Shown here: positions 1-7,609 of the stretch, in pieces | Layout: every line of letters begins with the position of its first letter | How positions within the stretch are numbered: position 1 is the stretch's first letter | Assembly: GCA_035269575.1 (NCBI GenBank) | Contig: DATFIZ010000036.1 | Location: 5,185 to 69,184 of the forward strand | Length of the DNA stretch: 64,000 nucleotides | Direction: 5' to 3' | Source: Bacteroidales bacterium | GTDB lineage: Bacteria; Bacteroidota; Bacteroidia; Bacteroidales; UBA12077 | Made by a program: the position numbers and the translations under genes | The notes under the pieces: model-generated | What the model was told of the DNA's origin: nothing | Database searches by the model: none | The model's input: only the letters and a program-made list of their open reading frames with translations

Positions 1-268
1 GCGACTGATAAGACGTATCGATTAAGTCATCGATGGGTAAACCATCAAGCTCGCAACGAAAAAGCACTGAAGGTCCTTCTTTCTTTCCTTTAAAAACCAC
101 AGCAACCCCATGTCCGCCAATTTCAGTTATTATCTGATCCGGATGATAAGACTCCATAACGTTAATTATCCGAAGAGCTGTTTGCGCTTCGGAATCAGAC
201 AACTCCGGATACTGATGTAATTCATGCCGAAGAGATATTATTTTTTCTTTATCAAATAGTTTTTTCAT
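1..268 (-). CDS. M20-family amidohydrolase (Ama/HipO/AbgB-like), N-terminal fragment; the gene runs off the left edge
   Basis: Truncated ORF absent from the track. Reverse translation from ATG at 266-268 gives MKKLFDKEKIISLRHELHQYPELSDSEAQTALRIINVMESYHPDQIITEIGGHGVAVVFKGKKEGPSVLFRCELDGLPIDD... The LRHxLHxxPELS ... FRxxLDxLPI pattern is the typical N-terminus of this family. Confidence 0.8.
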   Translation of the reverse strand, partial: MKKLFDKEKIISLRHELHQYPELSDSEAQTALRIINVMESYHPDQIITEIGGHGVAVVFKGKKEGPSVLFRCELDGLPIDDLIDTSYQS

Positions 269-494
269 AAATTAATCATCATGAACAATTGTTATTCAAA
301 ATAACCACACCTTAAAACAAACAAAAGTAAAGGGCAATCACCAATAAAAAAGAAAAACAACCGTTTCAGCACAACAAAATTAATATTTTTTACGAAAAAA
401 ACAAAATGCCAAAAAGTTTACAACGCGCGTAATTATTGGTATTAAAGAAAAAAGTCATACAAAAACACTCAAAGAATATGTTCTGCTGAAACAA

Positions 495-980
495 TTATTC
501 GTTCTCATGATAAATATTTTCATCAACAGTAATCAAAGGTGATGCGTCAATACTATCAATATCGAGGTATTTGATAATCAAATCCAACGCCTCGTTTATT
601 TCCTTTTGCCGTTGTCCTGAAATATTTTCCAGCTGTTTAGAAAGCCTTTCATGTAATAATGAAGGGGTTTTCTCCAACAATTCTGATCCTTTCGAAGTTA
701 ATATTATATACGTAGTTCTTTTATCTACTTTTTTAGGCAACCGGGCAATACATCCTTTTTTTTCCAAGCGGTTTATAATGCCGGTTACCGTACTCGAATT
801 TAAATTCAGATAATCCCTGATATTTTTCTGTGTTGACTGAAATCCTTCAGACTTATGCAAAAATTCAAGGCAAAGCAATTGCGGAATGCTTAAACCATGT
901 TCCCTTTGTATTTTTTTCGATTCAATATTAATTGAACGTACAATCTTCCTGATTTTTATTAAAATATCTGTTGAATTCAT
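495..980 (-). CDS. MarR-family transcriptional regulator
   Basis: 161-aa ORF with a winged-helix MarR signature: LNLNSSTVTGIINRLEKKGCIARLPKKVDKRTTYIILTSKG. Confidence 0.9.
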   Translation of the reverse strand: MNSTDILIKIRKIVRSINIESKKIQREHGLSIPQLLCLEFLHKSEGFQSTQKNIRDYLNLNSSTVTGIINRLEKKGCIARLPKKVDKRTTYIILTSKGSELLEKTPSLLHERLSKQLENISGQRQKEINEALDLIIKYLDIDSIDASPLITVDENIYHENE

Positions 981-1007
981 TCAAATAATAATAGTTTCTA
1001 CAGAACA

Positions 1008-1015
1008 CAAATATA
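1008..1015 (-). promoter_or_regulatory. Bacteroidota-type -7 box (TATATTTG) for marR
   Basis: Exact match to TAnnTTTG on the minus strand, 27 nt upstream of the ATG at 980. Confidence 0.45.
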
Positions 1016-1104
1016 TTTTATTTAAACCATAACAAAAAGCAAGTCCAAATTTTTCTTTTCTCGCGAACAAAAATCAATAATAAAATATAACTTCGCATCC
1101 TGTT

Positions 1105-2028
1105 ATGAAAAAAAATTTTGCAACCGCTTACATTGCTGTTAGTTTGGCAATGATATTTTGGAGTTTTACCTTTATCTGGTATAAAATAGTATATCAGTTT
1201 TATAATCCTATTACCACTGTATTCTTCCGTCTTATTATATCTTCCATTTTCCTTTTTGCATTAATGTATCCCCTCAAAAAAATTGAAAAAATTCGAAAAG
1301 GAGATTTAAAATATTTTTTACTGGTTTCGGTATTTAATCCATTTCTCTATTTTATTGGAGAAAGCTATGGCGTTAAATTGGTATCATCAACGCTGGCTGC
1401 TGTTATTATTGCTACTATTCCTTTATTTACTTCATTTACCTCATCGTTTTTCTTGAATGAAAAGATTACCCGAATGAATCTTATGGGTATTATATTCTCC
1501 ATAATAGGGGTAAGCTTTATTATTTTTGAGAAAAACGAAGGGATAACCGTATCACCACTAGGTATTGCCATGTTGATGCTTGCTGTTGTTGCAGCCATTG
1601 GCTATTCAATCGTTTTAAAAAATTTATCAAACAAATACAACTCAATCACTATTGTCTCTTATCATAACCTTATCGGTATATTTTTATTTGCCCCACTATT
1701 TTTTATTTTTGATTTTAACGATTTTAAACAAACAGGATTATCCCAGGAAGCTTGGATTCCGTTACTTGAACTTGCATTTTTCGGATCATCTTTTGCTTTT
1801 ATCTTTTTTACTTTTGCCATTAAAAGAATAGGTGTTGGGAAAGCCAATGCTTTCACTAATCTTATACCTGTATTAACAGCTATCATAGCTTTTATTGTTC
1901 TCGGAGAAATAATAAACCTTACCAAAATTTTTGGAATTTCATTAGTTATTGGGGGATTATTCCTGTCGCAAATCAAAACCAACGGATTAAGAGATAAAAT
2001 AAGAAATTATATCAGACCCAGTGAATAA
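1105..2028 (+). CDS. DMT/EamA-family transporter
   Basis: 307-aa polytopic membrane ORF with the two-fold repeat hydrophobic pattern typical of EamA. Divergent from marR. Confidence 0.85.
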   Translation: MKKNFATAYIAVSLAMIFWSFTFIWYKIVYQFYNPITTVFFRLIISSIFLFALMYPLKKIEKIRKGDLKYFLLVSVFNPFLYFIGESYGVKLVSSTLAAVIIATIPLFTSFTSSFFLNEKITRMNLMGIIFSIIGVSFIIFEKNEGITVSPLGIAMLMLAVVAAIGYSIVLKNLSNKYNSITIVSYHNLIGIFLFAPLFFIFDFNDFKQTGLSQEAWIPLLELAFFGSSFAFIFFTFAIKRIGVGKANAFTNLIPVLTAIIAFIVLGEIINLTKIFGISLVIGGLFLSQIKTNGLRDKIRNYIRPSE

Positions 2029-2537
2029 TGAGCTTTTCAAATCAGATCCCCATAATGGAAATCAAAAACAGAGCACAGGATTTATGGCAAGAAAATAAAA
2101 TCTTCTTTGCCCGGCTCAAAAAGAAAAAACCAAAAAAACTGGATAAAACTGTTCATGAGCTCCACGATGAAGTTTTTCAGGAGATAGACTGTCTGGATTG
2201 TGCCAATTGTTGTAAATCGATTAGCCCAACCCTTTACGACAAAGATATTGAAAGACTGTCCAAAAATTTAAAAATTAAACCTTCACAATTTCTGGAGGAA
2301 TATCTTTATCTTGATGATGAAGGGGATTATGTATTTAAACAAACGCCATGTCCTTTTTTGCTTCCCGATAATTATTGTCAGGTTTACGAAAGCCGCCCCA
2401 AAGCTTGCAGGGAATATCCACACACCGACCGATCCCGGTTTTATCAATTATTAAACCTTACCTTAAAAAATTCGTTGATATGTCCTGCTGTTTTTGAATT
2501 GATAGAAAGATTAAAACAAAGAAAAGAACAGTTTTAA
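2028..2537 (+). CDS. YkgJ-family cysteine-cluster (putative Zn/Fe-binding) protein
   Basis: CLDCANCCKS near the N-terminus and PCPFL...CQVYESRPKACREYP later. Start overlaps the EamA stop by 1 nt. Confidence 0.8.
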   Translation: MSFSNQIPIMEIKNRAQDLWQENKIFFARLKKKKPKKLDKTVHELHDEVFQEIDCLDCANCCKSISPTLYDKDIERLSKNLKIKPSQFLEEYLYLDDEGDYVFKQTPCPFLLPDNYCQVYESRPKACREYPHTDRSRFYQLLNLTLKNSLICPAVFELIERLKQRKEQF

Positions 2538-3412
2538 GAAACAATAACATTTAAACCTTCAGGGATTACTTTAATATTTAATATTTCACCCATTTCCAGT
2601 GGTTCTCCATCATAATGAATAACCCCCGGGATTTGACGCTTCACCACAATGTTTTTACAACGAAAGGTTTCGACATAACGGCTTCTATCAATATTTTTTG
2701 CAAAGAGACGAATTCCAAGATGAGGGGCTGAAACTATAGGGAAAGCCTTCATTATTTCAACATCTAACTCCCCATCGCTAATTTGTGCTTTAGGAGCAAT
2801 ATGCGCATTATTCCCATATTGTGATGCATTGGCAAAAGTAATCAGAAAAGCATCACGCATATAGGTAGTACCGTTCATAGATATTTCATAGCGCTCTGGC
2901 AGATATCGTCTAAATTCTGAAAGGGTTGCTTTTAAATAACTGGTAAATCCACGACGTTGAGTTTTCGAAAAAACATGCCCGATATGAGCATCAAAACCCA
3001 CTCCTGTGGTACAAAAAAATTTCTGATCATTAATGGTCCCAAAATCCATTTTTATTTGATGCCCTTTTTTAATAATCACTAGAGCTTTTCTAACATTCAT
3101 CGGAATTTTAAGATGACGAGCTAATCCATTCCCCGAACCGGTAGGGATAATACCTAATACCCCATCCGTTTCTGTAATTGCCGAAGCAACCTCGTTTACG
3201 GTTCCATCTCCTCCAACAGCGACTACTTTTTTATATCCCTGGTTAAAAAATTGCTTTACAATTTGAGGTGCTTCACCCGAAAAAGAGGTATTAATAATTT
3301 TTATATCATAAATATCATCCGCAAAGATTTGCTTAATTAGTTCCGGAATATAATCTTTAGATTTCTTCCCGGAAACAGGATTAATAACAAACAATATTTT
3401 TTTATTCATCAA
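2534..3412 (-). CDS. Diacylglycerol-kinase-family lipid kinase (YegS/BmrU-like)
   Basis: ILFVINPVSGKK ... VVAVGGDGTVNEV ... GIIPTGSGNGLARHL motifs of the DAGK catalytic domain. Confidence 0.9.
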   Translation of the reverse strand: MMNKKILFVINPVSGKKSKDYIPELIKQIFADDIYDIKIINTSFSGEAPQIVKQFFNQGYKKVVAVGGDGTVNEVASAITETDGVLGIIPTGSGNGLARHLKIPMNVRKALVIIKKGHQIKMDFGTINDQKFFCTTGVGFDAHIGHVFSKTQRRGFTSYLKATLSEFRRYLPERYEISMNGTTYMRDAFLITFANASQYGNNAHIAPKAQISDGELDVEIMKAFPIVSAPHLGIRLFAKNIDRSRYVETFRCKNIVVKRQIPGVIHYDGEPLEMGEILNIKVIPEGLNVIVS

Positions 3413-3443
3413 ACAATCCTCTCATCTATTTTAAAAATTCTGT

Positions 3444-3451
3444 CAAAAATA
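3444..3451 (-). promoter_or_regulatory. -7 box (TATTTTTG) for the lipid kinase gene
   Basis: Exact TAnnTTTG on the minus strand, about 32 nt upstream of the ATG at 3412. Confidence 0.45.
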
Positions 3452-3622
3452 GATAGAACATTTTTTATAAAAAACTATTATTCAAAAAAATATAAATATG
3501 CTGTTTAATCGCTTCATAGTATTTAAATTTGTTAAATACTAATCTTTGCAACAGAAACGTTTTATAATACTATTATTTTATATCAGTAGCTGGGATTTTA
3601 TCAATATTTGTATTTTTACCAA

Positions 3623-4660
3623 ATGAAAAAAATTTTAACTGTTTTTATCTTTTTTCTTACTATCCAGGCTTTTGCTCAAATTGGAGGTTCTCATACTTAC
3701 AGCTTTTTAAATTTAATCAACTCTGCCCGTGTAGCTTCTCTTGGCGGTGATGTTATTGCCATTAATGATAATGACCTAAACCTTACTTATCATAATCCGG
3801 CACTATTAACCCCTGAAATGAACCAGGACCTGGTATTAAATTATATCAACTACTTTACAGATATTAATTATGGATATGTTGCCTATGCGACAACTATTAA
3901 AGACAAAGGAATTTTTTCGGGTGGAATACAATACATCAATTACGGGAAATTTATTGCTGCCGATGAGAAAGGAATTATTACCGGTGAATTTAAAGCTGCC
4001 GAATATGCCTTTAACCTGGGTTATTCACGCTCCATTGATAGCTCTTTTCGTTTAGGAGTGAATGTTAAGCCAATTATTTCAACCCTCGAAAAATACACTT
4101 CGTTAGGCATCGCTGCAGATTTTGGAATCCTGTATCAAAATTCAAATCATTTATTTAATGCAGCGCTGGTGGTAAAAAATTTAGGAGCTCAATTGAAAGG
4201 ATATACCAGCGAAAAAGAAACTCTCCCTTTCAATATTCAGCTGGGAATATCACAAAAGTTAAGGCATGCACCATTACGTTTCACCGTAACTTTTGATCAT
4301 TTGGAAAAACCTGATTTAACTTATGATGTTCCGCAAAGCGAGTCTTCTGCAGATCCATTTTTTGAAGAATCCAAAGAGTCTAAAATAGATCAAATAGCCG
4401 ACCAGGTGATGCGGCATGTAATTTTAGGCATTGAGTTCAGTCCGCTGGAAAATCTTTATCTAAGAGCCGGATACAACTATCGCCGCCGTAAAGAGATGCT
4501 TATCGAATCCAACACATCAACCATCGGTTTTTCATGGGGATTTGGGGTAAAAATTTCCAAATTACATATTAGCTATGGGCGGGCAACCTACCACTTAGCC
4601 GGGGCTACCGATCATTTTTCAATTACCACCAATCTGGACCATTTTGGGCAGGGATGGTAA
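3623..4660 (+). CDS. porQ: Type IX secretion system outer-membrane barrel protein, PorQ-like
   Basis: ORF 3608..4660. ATG at 3623 gives the signal peptide MKKILTVFIFFLTIQAFAQ. The motif GGSHTYSFLNLINSARVASLGG...NPALL and a beta-strand-like alternating pattern to the C-terminus match PorQ. Family assignment is from memory. Confidence 0.7.
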   Translation: MKKILTVFIFFLTIQAFAQIGGSHTYSFLNLINSARVASLGGDVIAINDNDLNLTYHNPALLTPEMNQDLVLNYINYFTDINYGYVAYATTIKDKGIFSGGIQYINYGKFIAADEKGIITGEFKAAEYAFNLGYSRSIDSSFRLGVNVKPIISTLEKYTSLGIAADFGILYQNSNHLFNAALVVKNLGAQLKGYTSEKETLPFNIQLGISQKLRHAPLRFTVTFDHLEKPDLTYDVPQSESSADPFFEESKESKIDQIADQVMRHVILGIEFSPLENLYLRAGYNYRRRKEMLIESNTSTIGFSWGFGVKISKLHISYGRATYHLAGATDHFSITTNLDHFGQGW

Positions 4661-4970
4661 ATTATGGTAACCTGCTGCCAGGCTAAAAAAAGAAAGCACT
4701 GTTTATATTTTTTATTAAACCGTAACATTTGGAGATTCTTTTAACCTTAGTGGCTTCCCACTATAATAAAAAATACCAACAGGAAAAGAAAAAGATAAAT
4801 AAAATATCAAATATATTTTCAACCTTTGCGTTCGAATAAAAATGAAATAACAAAACAAAAAAATAAATTGCTCCCTGTTTAACGTTCTTTATTTAAATGA
4901 CATCCTCATTTTGCTTTGAGAATCTCAAAATCTCCAATCTCCAAAATTTGTCTAACGACAATTTTGGATT

Positions 4971-4978
4971 TACCTTTG
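4971..4978 (+). promoter_or_regulatory. -7 box (TACCTTTG) for the cmk-ispH-pfkA-priA block
   Basis: Exact TAnnTTTG 22 nt upstream of ATG 5000, with TTTG at 4947-4950 at about the -33 spacing. Confidence 0.5.
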
Positions 4979-4999
4979 ATGTTTTATTATTTTTACCAA

Positions 5000-5710
5000 A
5001 TGACAATCAAGAATAAAATTATCATAGCCATCGACGGATATTCATCCTCAGGAAAAAGCACCTTAGCTAAAGCTATTGCAAAACACCTGGGATATAAATA
5101 TATTGACAGCGGAGCCATGTATCGTGCAGTTACCTTATTTGCACTCCAAAACAATTTAGTTGACATACAAAATCATCAGGTAAATGAAAAAGAGCTAAAC
5201 TCTTCACTTGATGAGATAAAAATAAACTTCCGTTATAATCCCCGGAAGAACAGGCAGGAAACGTACCTCAATGAAAAAAATGTAGAAGATGAAATTCGCA
5301 AAATGGAAGTCTCCAATGCTGTAAGTATTGTTAGCAAACTAAAATTTGTCAGACAAAAGATGGTGCGTATTCAGCAAACCATGGGAAAAGAAAAAGGGAT
5401 TGTTATGGATGGACGCGATATTGGAACGGTTGTTTTTCCGGATGCTGAAATTAAAATTTTCATGAATGCCCAAGCAGAAGTAAGAGCCGAGCGAAGATAT
5501 AAGGAGCTTAAAGAAAATAAGCTGAACGTTAGTTACGACGAAATCCTGGAGAATGTCAAAAAACGCGACCATCTTGATGAAACCAGGAAAGAAAGTCCGC
5601 TAAAAAAAGCCGACGATGCAATTGAACTGGATAACAGCAACATGACTGAAAAAGAACAATTGCAATGGGTTTTAAGTTTAATACAGGAAAGAATGAATAA
5701 AATGGCTTAA
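5000..5710 (+). CDS. cmk: Cytidylate kinase
   Basis: ATG at 5000 gives MTIKNKIIIAIDGYSSSGKSTLAKAIA...IDSGAMYRA...DGRDIGTVVFPDA. The 28 codons upstream in the track ORF (from 4916) overlap a -7 box and are probably not translated. Confidence 0.93.
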   Translation: MTIKNKIIIAIDGYSSSGKSTLAKAIAKHLGYKYIDSGAMYRAVTLFALQNNLVDIQNHQVNEKELNSSLDEIKINFRYNPRKNRQETYLNEKNVEDEIRKMEVSNAVSIVSKLKFVRQKMVRIQQTMGKEKGIVMDGRDIGTVVFPDAEIKIFMNAQAEVRAERRYKELKENKLNVSYDEILENVKKRDHLDETRKESPLKKADDAIELDNSNMTEKEQLQWVLSLIQERMNKMA

Positions 5711-5722
5711 AACTTTTTTATC

Positions 5723-6604
5723 ATGCAAATAGAAATCGATAATAACTCGGGTTTTTGTTTTGGAGTGGTTAATGCTATTCAACTGGCAGAAAAAGAGTTG
5801 GATAAAAATGACACCTTATATTGCCTGGGAGATATTGTACACAATAGCGCCGAAGTAGAACGGTTAAAGTTAAAAGGATTGATTACCGTTAACCACGAAC
5901 AGTTTAAGGACTTAAAAAACTGCAAAGTTTTGCTTCGTGCACATGGAGAACCTCCGGAAACTTATGAAATTGCCAAACAGAATAACATACAACTGATTGA
6001 TGCTTCGTGCCCTGTAGTTTTAAAACTACAAAACAATATTAAGCTCGGATTTGATAAATTTTTAAGGAAGGGCGGACAAGTCGTTATTTACGGAAAAGAA
6101 GGTCATGCTGAAGTCAACGGACTGGTAGGTCAAACCAATGGCAAAGCAATAGTAATTGGTGGGCTCAACGATTTAGATAAAATAAATTTCAGCAAACCGG
6201 TCAATCTTTTTTCACAGACCACAAAAAGTATTGAAGGTTTTTATGAGGTACAAAAAGAAATCAAAAACCGAATGAAAGCGAATCAGGGAACCGAAGATAT
6301 TGATTTTATCATCAACGACACGATATGCAGGCAGGTCTCCCATCGTCAACCCCAGCTACGAAATTTTGTAAAAAAACACGATGTAGTTATTTTTGTAAGT
6401 GGCAAAAAAAGCTCCAATGGCCGCATGTTATTTCAAGTATGCCAGACTGAAAATCCAAACACTTACTTTGTGTCCAAACAGTCGGAGCTGGAACAGAAAT
6501 GGTTTGATAATGCATCATCAGTAGGTGTTTGTGGTGCCACATCAACACCCAGGTGGCTGATGGAAAAGGTTGCTTTGGAAATTAATAAAATAGCAAAATC
6601 ATAA
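5723..6604 (+). CDS. ispH: 4-hydroxy-3-methylbut-2-enyl diphosphate reductase
   Basis: SGFCFGVVNAI ... RAHGEPP ... DASCPVV ... CRQVSHRQ ... GATSTP match IspH/LytB. Confidence 0.95.
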   Translation: MQIEIDNNSGFCFGVVNAIQLAEKELDKNDTLYCLGDIVHNSAEVERLKLKGLITVNHEQFKDLKNCKVLLRAHGEPPETYEIAKQNNIQLIDASCPVVLKLQNNIKLGFDKFLRKGGQVVIYGKEGHAEVNGLVGQTNGKAIVIGGLNDLDKINFSKPVNLFSQTTKSIEGFYEVQKEIKNRMKANQGTEDIDFIINDTICRQVSHRQPQLRNFVKKHDVVIFVSGKKSSNGRMLFQVCQTENPNTYFVSKQSELEQKWFDNASSVGVCGATSTPRWLMEKVALEINKIAKS

Positions 6605-6616
6605 AAAATAACAATT

Positions 6617-7597
6617 ATGGCTAAAATAAAAACCATTGGTGTTTTAACTTCCGGAGGTGATGCTCCGGGAATGAACGCAGCCATCAGAGCTGTTGCCCGT
6701 ACAGCGATATACAATAATATTAAAGTAATTGGTATTCGCCATGGATATCAAGGATTAATTCAGGGTCACTTTAAACAGCTGAAATCCCATATGGTAAGTG
6801 ACATTATACAAAAAGGGGGAACCATATTAAAGACAGCCCGAAGCGAGGAGTTTAAAACGCTTGAAGGACGCAAAGTTGCCTATCAGAATTTAAAAAAAGC
6901 AGGAATTGATGCAGCGGTTGTTATCGGTGGTGATGGTACATTTAAGGGAGCCCGCAAATTTACCGAAGAATTTGATATTCCCTTTGTGGGAATCCCTGGA
7001 ACTATTGATAATGATTTATATGGCACCGATTACACCATCGGATACGATACTGCCCTTAATACTATTGTACAAGCTGTAGACAAAATAAGAGATACAGCAA
7101 GCTCACACAACCGCTTGTTTTTTATTGAAGTAATGGGAAGGGATGCAGGATTTTTAGCACTTAGAAGTGGTATAGCATGCGGAGCCGAAGCAATCCTTAT
7201 CCCCGAAAGTGAAACCGACTCTAAAAACCTTAAGGCATATCTCGAATCTGGGTATAAACGTAAAAAAGCATCCAACATTATTTTAGTTGCCGAAGGCGAT
7301 GAAAGTGGTGGTGCTTACGCTATGGCAAAAAAAGTAAAAAATGATTTTAAAGATTATGATATCCGGGTGACTGTACTAGGGCATATTCAGCGAGGAGGCT
7401 CTCCATCAGCTTTTGACCGGGTTATTGCAAGCCAGTTGGGTGTAGCAGCTGTAGAAGCACTCCTTGATGATCAGCAAAGCATTATGGTGGGAATGATGAA
7501 CCGGGAAATTGTGCATGTCCCTTTTAATAAAACCATCAAGCACAACAAAGATGTGGATAATAGGTTGCTTGAAATTCTCGATTTCTTAAATATTTAA
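6617..7597 (+). CDS. pfkA: ATP-dependent 6-phosphofructokinase
   Basis: IGVLTSGGDAPGMNAAIRAV ... IGGDGT ... GIPGTIDND ... EVMGR ... LGHIQRGG. Confidence 0.95.
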   Translation: MAKIKTIGVLTSGGDAPGMNAAIRAVARTAIYNNIKVIGIRHGYQGLIQGHFKQLKSHMVSDIIQKGGTILKTARSEEFKTLEGRKVAYQNLKKAGIDAAVVIGGDGTFKGARKFTEEFDIPFVGIPGTIDNDLYGTDYTIGYDTALNTIVQAVDKIRDTASSHNRLFFIEVMGRDAGFLALRSGIACGAEAILIPESETDSKNLKAYLESGYKRKKASNIILVAEGDESGGAYAMAKKVKNDFKDYDIRVTVLGHIQRGGSPSAFDRVIASQLGVAAVEALLDDQQSIMVGMMNREIVHVPFNKTIKHNKDVDNRLLEILDFLNI

Positions 7598-7609
7598 TTT
7601 GCTTTTAAT

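Noticed and set aside
4916-4999. N-terminal extensions in track ORFs (4916 cmk, 34558-34677 parE, 43716-43757 hpt, 15050 transglycosylase, 44848 barrel protein, 59023-59052 secreted protein, 54117 pgi, 3608 porQ)
   Set aside because: The extensions are hydrophobic or low-complexity (for example MFYYFYQ). They precede obvious conserved N-termini or signal peptides, and in several cases they contain the likely promoter. The internal starts were used instead.
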